Below, one piece after another: positions 53,924 to 63,392 of a DNA stretch of 64,000 nt. The translations under genes and the position numbers were made by a program. Location of the stretch: positions 418,465-482,464 of the forward strand of contig CAVSWB010000002.1 of NCBI GenBank assembly GCA_963731635.1, given 5' to 3'. The stretch's first letter is position 1; each line of letters starts with the position of its first letter. Source of the DNA: an uncultured Chloroflexia bacterium. GTDB taxonomy: Bacteria; Chloroflexota; Limnocylindria; Limnocylindrales; CSP1-4. A model generated the notes under the pieces. That model saw nothing but the letters and a program-made list of their open reading frames with translations. It was not told the origin of the DNA and ran no database searches.

Positions 53924-56644
53924 TCAGACGAGACCGATCTGCTGGGCGCGCAGGAGCGCCTGGGTTCGGCTCGTCGCGCCGAGCTTGGCGAGAACGTGGC
54001 CGACGTGCCACTTCGCCGTGCCGAGCGAGACTGTCAGGCCAACGGCGATCTCCGCGTTGCTCGCGCCATGGGCCATCAGGCGCAAGACATCGAGCTCGCG
54101 GGCGGTGAGCGTCTCGAGCAGGCGCCCGTCGGCGCCCTGCCGCACCGATGTGCCGGGCACGGGTGGCTGCTGCGAGCCGGCCTCGGTCGGCTCGGTGGCG
54201 AAGGCGCCGATCATAAGGTCCACGAAGGCGGGTGCAACCGGGCGGACGAAGGGCATGAGGTTGGCAATGGGTAGTCCGTCATCGACGAACCGCCGGACGT
54301 AGCCGCCGGGAGCGGCGAGCTCGACCGCCCGTTCCAGTGAGCGCAAGGCGTCGTTTCGACGACCCATCGCGTTGGCAACCACCGCCTCCAGGACGCCGAT
54401 CGAGATAAGGTCAGCCACGGCTCCGGCGGCTTCCTGCGCCTCCTTCGTCCGAGCGAGCAGCTCGCGAGCCTCCTCGAACCTGCCCTGAGCCAGGCGTACC
54501 CGGGCGATCGTCGTGTCCATCGAGCGACGCAGAACCTCCATGAGAGGCGAGCCCGCTGGTGCCTCCGGTATCGCCTGGTCTGCCCAACGCGCGGCGCCGG
54601 CAACATCGCCCATCCTGAGGAGGACACGGGCCTCGGTCTCAGCGGCGACCCCCGGGAGCGCCATGCCGGTCGAGCGAAGGTCACGTTGACTGATCCGGAG
54701 CGCCTCGAGCGCGGCCGCTTCGTCGCCGCAGGCGAGGCGAACCAGCGCGAGGTACGAGATCGCCCAGCCGAGCACGGGACGCCCGACCCCCATCCGGCGT
54801 GCCGCCTCGAATCCCGCCTCGAGCTCGCGACGGGCCTCGACGAGGTCGTTGGCTTCGTAGCGGACGATGCCGAGCACCACGCGCGCGGGCCAGGCGATCG
54901 TTCGGGGTCGGCTCTGTCCATCGGCCTGTTGTGCGAGGACGGTGCGGCAGATGGTTTCGGACTCGCCGCGCAGGCCGACGAGTGTAAGAGCGTGGCATAG
55001 CGGGTTGACTGCGGGCAGGACGGCCATCGGGTTGCCGGCCTCAAGCGCTGCCCGGTAGCCCGCCCGCAGCGTGTCGACGGCGGGACCGTATTCCCCTCGC
55101 GCGAGCGATCCAAGGCCTGCAGCCAGCAGCCCAAACGAGCGGAACAGCGGATCTTCGCCCATGAGCCCGAGTCCCTCGATCGCCAGGCTCTCTGCGTTCG
55201 GCCCGGTTACCGTCGCCATCATTGCCCGGAGGATGAGCAGTCGCCCCTCGGCCGGCCCGCGCGCTCCGGACGAGACAACATGACTCTCCGCGAGGGCCAC
55301 CGCCGCGCCGACCTGGCCCGTCTCGAACAGCCCCCACGCCTGTAGCGAGACCAGCTCCGGGCTTTCTATGACCCGCTCCCCGGGCAAGGCATCGAGCCAG
55401 CCGAGGAGCGTCACGAGCTCGCCGGCCTCGAACGCCGGCCGGGCCGCGCGCTCGATGAGTTGGAGCGCAAGATCGATCGCGCCCGCGGCCAGGGCGTGCT
55501 CGATCGCCTCGGACGCGAGACCCGCCGCCTCGAACCAGCCCGCGGCACGCTCATGGAGCTCGCGTCGGGCGTCTTCGGCGATCTGGGCGCGGAGGTAGTC
55601 GGCGAAGAGGCGGTGGTAGCGATACCAGCGCCGCTCGGCATCGAGTGGGACGAGGAAGAGGTTCGCCCGCTCGGCCCGTTCGAGGAGAGCGGCGGCGTCG
55701 GGGCGACCAGTGAGCTCGCGACAGAGTCCGGCTGTGAACCGCTCGGCGACCGATATCTGGACCAGGAACGCGCGAAGCTCCTCATCGACGCCGCTGAGGA
55801 CCTCGTCGGCGAGGTAGTCGAAGACGAACCGCTGGTTGCCGCCGAAGGCCTCGATGAGTGCCGCCGGGTCAGGCCGGTCGCGCAGCGAGATCGCCGCGAG
55901 CTGGAGGCCTGCAATCCAGCCCTCGGTTCGCTCGACGAGGACTTCGACGAGGCGGGGCTCGAGCGAGATGCCCACGGCCGCGAGGTAAACAGACGCTTCA
56001 TCGCTGGTCCACCGCAGGTCTCCGGCCCGGAGCTCGACGAGCCGGCCGTGGGCCCGGAGCCTGGCTAGCGGCAGCGGTGGGTCCTCGCGCGTTAGCAGGA
56101 CGAGATGGACGAACGGCGGTTCACGTTCGATCAGGAACCGAACGAGGCGATGGACAGGCTCCGCGGTGATGAGCTGGTAGTCGTCGATGACCAGCACGAA
56201 CTGGTCGTCGCTCGCGGTCAACGCATCGACCAGCGAAGCGCTGACGAGCTCCGGGCTCGGGGTCGACCCGGGCCCGAAGAGGTCTGCCGCGTTGGCAGCC
56301 GCCGGTCTGACTGTTGCCAGGGCCGCGGCGAGGTACCGGGTGAAACGCGCGAGATCATTGTCGGCGGGATCGAGCGAGAGCCAGGCGTAGCCGATCCCCC
56401 GGGACCCGAGCCAGTCGACGGCGGCGACGGTCTTCCCATAACCAGGTGGAGCCGAGAGCAGGATCAGCCGCGTGCTGTCCTCGAGTCCGCGATCGAGCAA
56501 TGCGCTGAGCCGCTGCCGTTCTCGATGACCCGCGCCCGTGGCCGGTGCCCGCAGCTTCGTTGAGACGAGCGGCGCCACAAATGCTCGCTCCTGGGGTTGG
56601 GAGCGAGCGACGCGCGGGGCTGGCGCGCTTGATGGGTTCATCAA
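53924..56644 (-). CDS. LAL/MalT-type large ATP-binding LuxR-family transcriptional regulator
   Basis: N-terminal P-loop NTPase (LLSAPPGYGKT), long TPR-like helical middle, and C-terminal LuxR HTH (LTARELDVLRLMAHGASNAEIAVGLTVSLGTAKWHVGHVLAKLG). 906 aa. Confidence 0.75.
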   Translation of the reverse strand: MMNPSSAPAPRVARSQPQERAFVAPLVSTKLRAPATGAGHRERQRLSALLDRGLEDSTRLILLSAPPGYGKTVAAVDWLGSRGIGYAWLSLDPADNDLARFTRYLAAALATVRPAAANAADLFGPGSTPSPELVSASLVDALTASDDQFVLVIDDYQLITAEPVHRLVRFLIEREPPFVHLVLLTREDPPLPLARLRAHGRLVELRAGDLRWTSDEASVYLAAVGISLEPRLVEVLVERTEGWIAGLQLAAISLRDRPDPAALIEAFGGNQRFVFDYLADEVLSGVDEELRAFLVQISVAERFTAGLCRELTGRPDAAALLERAERANLFLVPLDAERRWYRYHRLFADYLRAQIAEDARRELHERAAGWFEAAGLASEAIEHALAAGAIDLALQLIERAARPAFEAGELVTLLGWLDALPGERVIESPELVSLQAWGLFETGQVGAAVALAESHVVSSGARGPAEGRLLILRAMMATVTGPNAESLAIEGLGLMGEDPLFRSFGLLAAGLGSLARGEYGPAVDTLRAGYRAALEAGNPMAVLPAVNPLCHALTLVGLRGESETICRTVLAQQADGQSRPRTIAWPARVVLGIVRYEANDLVEARRELEAGFEAARRMGVGRPVLGWAISYLALVRLACGDEAAALEALRISQRDLRSTGMALPGVAAETEARVLLRMGDVAGAARWADQAIPEAPAGSPLMEVLRRSMDTTIARVRLAQGRFEEARELLARTKEAQEAAGAVADLISIGVLEAVVANAMGRRNDALRSLERAVELAAPGGYVRRFVDDGLPIANLMPFVRPVAPAFVDLMIGAFATEPTEAGSQQPPVPGTSVRQGADGRLLETLTARELDVLRLMAHGASNAEIAVGLTVSLGTAKWHVGHVLAKLGATSRTQALLRAQQIGLV

Positions 56645-57009
56645 GCATCAGGGTAGCGCGCGCAACATCCCCTGTACCGCCGAGACCGGCCCTGAGACAC
56701 CAGCGTCGGGACCGCTCCCCCAGAGCTTGGATTTGCGTCGTGCTGGCCGACATCGAGACTGGAGAGCGGGAATGGGCACGTCATCTTGGGCGTTAACCCC
56801 GAAGGCAATATTGACGTGCCCGACTCTACCAAGCCCAACGGTTGGGTAGGCCTGGCCGCGCAGAGTATGTCTCCAAGCGACCCGACACGGGTCCCTCTTG
56901 TTGTCCTCCTGCTCGGAACCGTGCTCCGCGGAGTCATCTTCACCCGCCGCGCCCTGCGCTGGGTCGACGTAAACGCTGCGCTCGCGCGGACGGAGGCCGC
57001 TGGCGTCTA

Positions 57010-57052
57010 GCACTACAAGATATTGACTGTAGTGGTACCACTCGTGTAGTGT
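57010..57052 (+). promoter_or_regulatory. Putative promoter/operator of the second AbiE module: inverted repeat CACTACA-agatattgac-TGTAGTG around a TTGAC -35-like box
   Basis: Palindromic arms flank ttgact 10-50 bp upstream of the 57059 start. AbiEi proteins are known to autoregulate through inverted repeats in their promoter. Confidence 0.3.
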
Positions 57053-57058
57053 CAGCGC

Positions 57059-57826
57059 ATGAGCGAGAAGTCCGAAGGCGCCAAACTGGTTGAGGTGGTG
57101 CACCTGGCGTTCCTCCAGGTTCTGCCTTCCTATATGCCGGTTGGCGACTACGTTGTAAAGGGCGGAGCGAACCTGCGTCTGTGGTTTGACAGTCGCAGAC
57201 GGTCCCAGGACATCGATCTTGACTACCTGCGGGCAGAACGTTTCTACCTCGTAGAGGATCAGATCGACAAGACCCTGGCTGCCCGCGCGTTCCGCGAGAT
57301 CCTCCGCTCCGGAGGCGTGTCGATCTCTGACCCAACCAAGCCGAAGCAGACCTCGACGACCCGCCGATGGAAGTTCGTCGCGAGCGGTCCAGCGGGCCTG
57401 TTGAACACGAAGATCGAATTCTCGTCGAGGGTTGGAACGGTGGATCCCGAACATGCCTTCCAGCAGGCTCGTGCCGACGTAGGCGCCGGCCTCGGCCTCC
57501 GGGTCGTAAAGGCTGAGCACTACCTAGCACCGGCCGCGATCCGCCAGAAGATCGGCGCGCTTGCAGGCCGCTCCGAGACCGAACCCAGAGACGTGTTCGA
57601 CCTTGACCTTCTTTTGGGCGCATACCCGAACGCTCTGACGCCGGGGCACGTGGACCCAGCCTTGATCGACAAGGCTGTCGCCGCGGCTATGGGCATCGCC
57701 TACGACTCCTACCATGACCTCGTGGTTGACTTCCTCGAAGAGGAATTCGTGCCCATCTACGGCCGGCCGGACGTCTGGACCAGCATGGTGCTCGAGGTCG
57801 TCGAGCGCCTTGAGGCTTTGAAGTGA
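57059..57826 (+). CDS. AbiEii-like nucleotidyltransferase toxin (DUF1814 family)
   Basis: NTase motif VKGGANLRLWFDSRRRSQDIDLDY and conserved C-terminal basic region. Followed by an overlapping AbiEi-like gene. Confidence 0.65.
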   Translation: MSEKSEGAKLVEVVHLAFLQVLPSYMPVGDYVVKGGANLRLWFDSRRRSQDIDLDYLRAERFYLVEDQIDKTLAARAFREILRSGGVSISDPTKPKQTSTTRRWKFVASGPAGLLNTKIEFSSRVGTVDPEHAFQQARADVGAGLGLRVVKAEHYLAPAAIRQKIGALAGRSETEPRDVFDLDLLLGAYPNALTPGHVDPALIDKAVAAAMGIAYDSYHDLVVDFLEEEFVPIYGRPDVWTSMVLEVVERLEALK

Positions 57827-58434
57827 GCTTGCTCGAAGCCGAGACCATCCTCGACCGGATCGGGCCGGTCATCGAGACGCGAGAGGCGGCCGCGGCCTTG
57901 TTGCGCAGCGTTCCTTCGACCAGCCGTACTCTGGGCGCCCTCGCCGAGGCCGGCCATGCCCACAGGATTCGCCACGGCCTGTGGTCCATCGGACCGACGC
58001 CGCCGGATCCTTACCAGATCGTAGGCGATCTGACCCGGCCGCATCCTTCATACGTGTCCTTCCAGTCCGCGCTCAACTTCCATGGGATGATCGATCAGAT
58101 CCCGCGCGACACCACGGTAGCCTCGCTCGATCGCGCCCGCCGGATCACGACGACGATCGGCACCTACGCGGTCCACCACATCCCAGGCGAACTCTTCGGC
58201 GGATGGACCAAGGGGACGCGGGGACGCGTAGCGACGCCCGAGAAGGCCATCTTTGACCTCGCGTACATCAGCGCGGCGCGAGGCGCGCCGCCTCGTCGCG
58301 TACCCGAGATCGATCTGCCAGCGGGCTTCGATCGCGCCGCGATCGACGAGTGGATCGCCAAAATAGCCGACCCGCGCATCGCCACCATGACCAACAGGGG
58401 TGTGCGACAGATTCTGGCGAGGGCCGTTCGCTAG
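57823..58434 (+). CDS. AbiEi-like antitoxin (wHTH), located downstream of its cognate toxin
   Basis: N-terminal region LLRSVPSTSRTLGALAEAGHAHRIRHGLWSIG resembles the AbiEi N-terminal wHTH (..RV.RGVY..). C-terminal domain about 120 aa. 4-bp overlap with the toxin gene. Confidence 0.55.
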   Translation: MSLLEAETILDRIGPVIETREAAAALLRSVPSTSRTLGALAEAGHAHRIRHGLWSIGPTPPDPYQIVGDLTRPHPSYVSFQSALNFHGMIDQIPRDTTVASLDRARRITTTIGTYAVHHIPGELFGGWTKGTRGRVATPEKAIFDLAYISAARGAPPRRVPEIDLPAGFDRAAIDEWIAKIADPRIATMTNRGVRQILARAVR

Positions 58435-58595
58435 GGGTAGTTGCGGGATGGCCGTGGTCTCGAATCCTGGGTCGTCTACCGGTAGCAACAGCCGGTGGCA
58501 ACAGAGCCGAACACCGGCGGATTCGGGGCCCTAGAATCGCCCAATTCCCTCGTGAATCGGTCATCCACGGACCCCCGCGAACGCGCTGAGTGAGA

Positions 58596-58654
58596 CTTGA
58601 AAACCGCTGGACGAGAGTCCCGTGAGTTCGAATCTCACCCTCTCCGCCAAGATT
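58596..58654 (+). repeat. Direct repeat (attR-like): exact copy of the 3' 59 nt of tRNA-Ser(TGA)
   Basis: Identical to 32144-32202. Flanked on both sides by the ccggtagcaac-motif repeat family. Confidence 0.8.
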
Positions 58655-59160
58655 TTGAGCGTGGATCGGCCGTTGCGGTCGCCGAAAACCGGCCCGACTT
58701 GTCCGAAGCCGGTAGCAACAGCCGGTAGCAACAGCCTACGCGGCCGAGCGACGCCGAACGGAACGCAGCGGTTCCAGGACCGAAGGCGCTGCTCCTCCAC
58801 ACAGCCCGTCGACGGGCGATTAGGGGAGTAGCCGCTGACTAGATCTGGGCATTCGAGCTCGAGGTCTGGCTCGGCGAACTGGACCGGCATTCGGTGCGCG
58901 TCGGGCTGTATGCCGAGGGCGTTGACGGCGGTGTCCCGGTGCGGCAGGAGATGAAGCGCGGTCGACGGCAGGCGGGCACGGCTGGCAGCTTCGTCTACGG
59001 CGCGGTCGTAGGAGCGGACCGCTCGGTTTCGGACTACACGCCCCGAGTGATTCCGCACCGCGCCGGAGTTTCGATACCACTGGAAGACTCGCGCATCCGC
59101 TGGCAGCGTTGATCGGCCGAGAAGTATTGCCCGGGACTCGGGTTCCTGTGGAAGCTATAG

Positions 59161-61681
59161 CTACGCGGCCTTGACCAGCGAGTGCGCCTGCTTCTTTGGT
59201 CGCGCCGCGTTTGGCGGTGCGGCCTTGGCAGGATCGAGTAGCCGATATGCGAGCACTTTGACCTGGTCGTTCACGAGGAACCACGCCAGCGCGTAACCCC
59301 AAACGAACAGAGCCCAACCCCAGCCCAGCGGTGTCATGAAGAGCCCATATACGGCTATCAATGTGGCCACTGCCTGAGTGCCGAAGACCGCGAGCAGCAA
59401 TACTCGTGCGGGGCGGATGGTCCAGAACCGACCGCGTGTGCGCGTCAGGAAGATTGTCAGGTGGCCGGCGACAGACAGCTTTAGATACATTAGCGTTTGG
59501 ATGTGGCCCTGGTCGAGATTGAAGACTCGCTCGGCGAGGAAGAACAAACCGAAGGCCGACACGACTCCGATGACCCCGAGCACCGTCGAGATCCCCAGCA
59601 CCATGCGCATATTCCAGGCTTCGGGCTGGTCCTTGTAGTGGACGTTGTCGTAGGCGATGGACAGGATGGCGCCATCGTTGAGCAACGCCAGCATGACGAT
59701 CATCACGGCCGTGACCGGGTAGAAATTGAAGACCAGAATCGCCAGGGTCATGAACAGCAGCACCCGCAGCGTCTCGGCGATGCGGTAGATCGCGTAGCTG
59801 TTCATCCGCTGGAAGATCTTGCGGCTCTCCTTGATCGCCTCGATGATCACCGAGAGGCCGGAGGTCACCAGCACGATGGATGCAGCTGCCCGCGCCGCGT
59901 CAGTTGCGCCCGAGACCGCGATCCCGCAATCGGCCTTCTTGAGCGCCGGGGCGTCGTTCACGCCGTCACCCGTCATGCCCACGATGTGGCCGCGCTTCTG
60001 GAGGATCTCCACGATGTGGAACTTGTGCTCGGGGAACACCTGGGCGAAGCCGTCCGCGCTCTCGATTGATTTCGGACAGCTTTGCGGTCGCTTGATGCTT
60101 GGGATCGCCAAAGCCGCTGGCGTCGAGGATGTTCGTCCCCATCCCGAGCTTCTTGGCAGTCTCGACGGCGATAGCCAGCGCGTCGCCTGTGACCATCTTG
60201 ATGGTCACGCCCATCTGGCGGGCAGTGGCGATGGTCGCCTTGGCCTCAGCCCAGGGCGGATCGAATAGGGGCAGCACTCCGAGGAACTGCCACTTCCCTT
60301 TGCCGTCCGCCCGGGCCACGCCCAGAGAACGGAAGCCCCGCGCCGCAAACTCGTTGACGGCCTTGTCTACGGCGGCCTTGACCTTCCCGGCATTCGCGGA
60401 CATCTCCAGGATCACCTGGGGCGCGCCCTTGGCCACCTGGAACGTCTTGCCATCGGGGCCCTTGACGGTTGCTTCGGTGCGCTTGTGCACCGGGTCGAAG
60501 GGCTGGAAATGGACCACCGCGTAGCTCTTCAGGGCTTTGGTGTCCTTGAGGCCGTCGAGCACCGCCATGTCGATGGTGTCCTTGTCTTCCTCGCGCGAAG
60601 CCAGGGCGGCGCAGAGGATTACCTCATCGGCATCGACGCCGCTGACGCCAAAGGGATCGCCCAGGGTCAGCTTGTTCTGGGTCAGCGTCCCCGTCTTGTC
60701 CGCGCACAGCACGTCCACGCCGGCGAGTTCTTCGATGGCCGCCAGCCGCGTGACGATCGCCTCTCGCTTGGCCAGCAGGCGAGCGCCAACTGCCATGGTC
60801 ACCGACAGCACGGTCGGCATGGCCACCGGGATCGCGGCGACGGTCAGCACCAGGGCGAACTGCAGGGTGGTCAGGATCGGGTCGCCGCGGATGACCGAGA
60901 CGATGATGATCACAGCCACCAGGGCCACCGCCAGGATGATCAGGTAGTCGCCGATCTTGAGCACCGCGCGCTGGAAGTGGCTGACGGTGTGCGCCTCCTG
61001 CACCAGCTCCGCCGTCTTGCCGAAATAGGTATTAGCGCCGGTCGCATAGACGAGCGCACTGATCTCGCCCTGTCGGACGATCGAACCCGAGAACACGGCC
61101 TGGCCCGGCTTTCGCGTCGCGGGCAGCGACTCGCCCGTCAGCGCGGACTGGTCGACCTCGATCGAGTCGCCGTCGAGCAGGCGGGCATCCGCGGGCACGA
61201 TGTCGCCAAGACGAACGCGAATGACGTCGCCTGGCACCAGCTCGCGCGCCGGCGGCGTGACCCATTTGCCGTCCCGCCGCACCCTGGCTTCAACCGCCAG
61301 CTTCGCCTTCAGCGCCGCGATGGCGTTGCCCGCCTGGTGCTCTTCCCAGAACCCGACCACGGCGTTGGCGAGAAGCAGGACAAGGATGATGCCGAAGTCA
61401 GGCCAGTGCTGGGCCACTGCCGAGAGGATTACCGCGGCCTCGATCATCCACGGGATCGGGCCCCACAGGTACGTGAGGAACTTGAGGAACGGGTTGTCCT
61501 TCTTCTCCTCGATCTCGTTGGGACCGTATTGGACCAATCGCTTCGCGGCCTCGGCCTGAGTGAGCCCCTCCGGCGACGACCCCAGCTTCTTCTGGAGTTC
61601 CGCCATGGGCATGGATTGGAAATCGCTCTTGGCCTTGGGGATCGATCTCGGCTCCGCCTTGGGCCGATATGGTTTTGGCAT
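59161..61681 (-). pseudogene. P-type ATPase (type IIIA plasma-membrane H+/cation-ATPase-like) split by a frameshift near 60060-60110
   Basis: The N-terminal ORF (59966..61681) has actuator TGES, phosphorylation site CADKTGTLTQN and KGAP. The C-terminal ORF (59161..60111) has MTGDGVNDAPALKKADCGIAV hinge and C-terminal TM helices. The junction ...KHQATAKL / IESADGFAQVFPEHKF changes frame. Confidence 0.75.
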
Positions 61682-61686
61682 CTGGG

Positions 61687-62493
61687 TCACGCTCCCGAGA
61701 TGTCGCGCCGGGCGACAGCGAACACCCCTGCCGCGGTCAGGATGATCGTCGGCACCGCGAGCGCCGCGTAGCGCCACAGCTCCGTCGCGTTCTCGAGCGG
61801 GTTGCCGCCGAACGCCCAATCCCAGGGCGAAAGGTGTCGCCAGGGTGCGAGAACGGCGCTGAGCGGGAACAGTGAGTTGGCGATCAAACCGGCGAAGGCC
61901 ACGCCGAGACCGATCGCCAGGACCAGCGAAGGGCGCCCGCGGATGCCGGCGACGGCAACCGCCAGGCTCCCGTGGAACGCGGCGAGCAGACCGGAAAGCA
62001 CGACCGTGGAGAGCACGAACCGGATGTCGATCTGAAGGTCGAACGCCGCGTCGCTGGCGAGCTGGGCCAGCAGTGTGACGACCGTGATCACGGCCAGGGC
62101 GATGAGCGCCGCGACCACTCGACCGATCAGGACGACCCGTCGAGAGATGGGCTGGGCGAGAGACAGCTCCATCCGACCGGCAGCCTCCTCGCTCGCAGTT
62201 TGGCCGTTCACAAACAGGACCGCCGCAGCGGCGAGCAGGAGTGGCACAAAGAAGTCATACAGGTTGCCGCGCAGGAACCCGGCGGGCGTGCCGAAGTCCG
62301 CGAGACCGAATGCCTGCACCACGCCCGAGGGCAACTGATCCATCGCCTGAGAGATGCCCGACGAACCCTTGAACGCCGGCCACACGGAGATCGTGCCGGC
62401 GATCAAAGCCGCGAGCCCGAGCGACCACCAGATCGTCGCTCGTCGCATGGCGCGCAGCGGGCCGCCGACCAGTTCGCGGATGCGCCCGTTCAT
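61687..62493 (-). CDS. ABC-2 type exporter permease
   Basis: Six predicted TM helices with ABC-2 family topology. Stop overlaps the start of the upstream ATPase gene. Co-oriented. Confidence 0.6.
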   Translation of the reverse strand: MNGRIRELVGGPLRAMRRATIWWSLGLAALIAGTISVWPAFKGSSGISQAMDQLPSGVVQAFGLADFGTPAGFLRGNLYDFFVPLLLAAAAVLFVNGQTASEEAAGRMELSLAQPISRRVVLIGRVVAALIALAVITVVTLLAQLASDAAFDLQIDIRFVLSTVVLSGLLAAFHGSLAVAVAGIRGRPSLVLAIGLGVAFAGLIANSLFPLSAVLAPWRHLSPWDWAFGGNPLENATELWRYAALAVPTIILTAAGVFAVARRDISGA

Positions 62494-63392
62494 GCCGCCC
62501 CTCCATCGTATAGATCGAGGAACGCCTCTTCGAGATCAGGCTCCTCGACCAGCATCGAACCGACTCGATGACTGGCGAGCAACGCAAGCAGAGGCTGGAT
62601 GGATCCCGATAGGGTTGCGGTGAAGCGGTGGTCGTCGACGACCGGATCGACCACGCCTGGGAGGGCCTTGAGTTGCGCCTCAGGCGGGTCGTCCTCGAAC
62701 CAGACCTCGATGCGCTGGCGGGCACGGCCTCGAAGTTCCGCGACAGTACCCTGCGCCACCAGCTTGCCGGCCCGCAGGATGGCCACCCGGTCCGCCGCCC
62801 TCTGGACTTCGCTCATGACATGCGACGAGAGGAAGACCGTCGCGCCGGCCGCGCGGGCTTCTCGAACCATCGCTAGAAACTCGCGCTGCATCAATGGATC
62901 AAGGCCATTGGTCGGCTCGTCGAGGACGATCAGCTCGGCGTCGAAGAGGAACGCGAGCAGCAGCGCGACCTTGCGCCTGTTGCCCGTCGACAGGTCGCGC
63001 AGGCGGCGGTGCAGGTCGAGTCGGAGTCGCTCGGCGAGCTGGTCGCGACGGGCCGGATCGAATCCGCCCCGCAGGTGCCCGAAACTGGTGGCCAACTCCA
63101 TTCCGGTAAGTCGGTCTGGCAGCCTCAGCTCGCCGGGCACATAGGTGAGCCGGCGCCGCAACGCCACCCCGTCACGGGTCGCATCGAGGCCGAAGGCGCC
63201 GATGCGACCGGCGGTGGGCCGCAGCAGCCCGAGCAGGCAGCGGATCGTGGTGCTCTTGCCCGAACCGTTGGGCCCGAGAAAGCCGAAGACCTCGCCGCGC
63301 GCCACCTTCAGGTCTATGCCGCGAACGGCCTCGACTTTGCCGTAGTGCTTCACGAGGCCGTCGATCACGACGACCGGATCCGCGGCCTTCAT
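62490..63392 (-). CDS. ABC transporter ATP-binding protein (ABC-2/CcmA-like)
   Basis: Walker A GPNGSGKST, signature LSTGNRRKVALLLA, Walker B LIVLDEPTNGLD, H-loop SSHVM. Start set at the internal ATG (MKAADPVVVIDG). Confidence 0.75.
   Translation of the reverse strand: MKAADPVVVIDGLVKHYGKVEAVRGIDLKVARGEVFGFLGPNGSGKSTTIRCLLGLLRPTAGRIGAFGLDATRDGVALRRRLTYVPGELRLPDRLTGMELATSFGHLRGGFDPARRDQLAERLRLDLHRRLRDLSTGNRRKVALLLAFLFDAELIVLDEPTNGLDPLMQREFLAMVREARAAGATVFLSSHVMSEVQRAADRVAILRAGKLVAQGTVAELRGRARQRIEVWFEDDPPEAQLKALPGVVDPVVDDHRFTATLSGSIQPLLALLASHRVGSMLVEEPDLEEAFLDLYDGGAA

Larger units (their letters stand above)
32203..58595. mobile_element. Composite genomic island (about 26.4 kb) inserted at the 3' end of tRNA-Ser, bounded by 59-bp perfect direct repeats (32144-32202 and 58596-58654) with internal att-like junctions at 41357-41410 and 49777-49830
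   Basis: The integrase sits directly next to the tRNA. The 3' 59 nt of the tRNA (cttgaaaaccgctggacgagagtcccgtgagttcgaatctcaccctctccgccaagatt) is repeated exactly at 58596. Two divergent tRNA-Ser 3'-half copies lie in between. Cargo is mobile, defence and secreted genes, with local lower-GC stretches. Confidence 0.6.

Noticed and set aside
41340-58860. Possibility that the recurring 'ccggtagcaac' / 'gccgaaca' motifs form a CRISPR array
   Set aside because: Repeat spacing is irregular, units are short (10-11 bp) and embedded in longer imperfect repeats. No cas genes are present. They associate with tRNA-half att junctions instead.
58820-59317. 165-aa minus-strand ORF between the island end and the P-type ATPase
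   Set aside because: It overlaps the att-associated repeat and the 3' end of the ATPase gene. Translation is Arg/Pro-rich with no motif.
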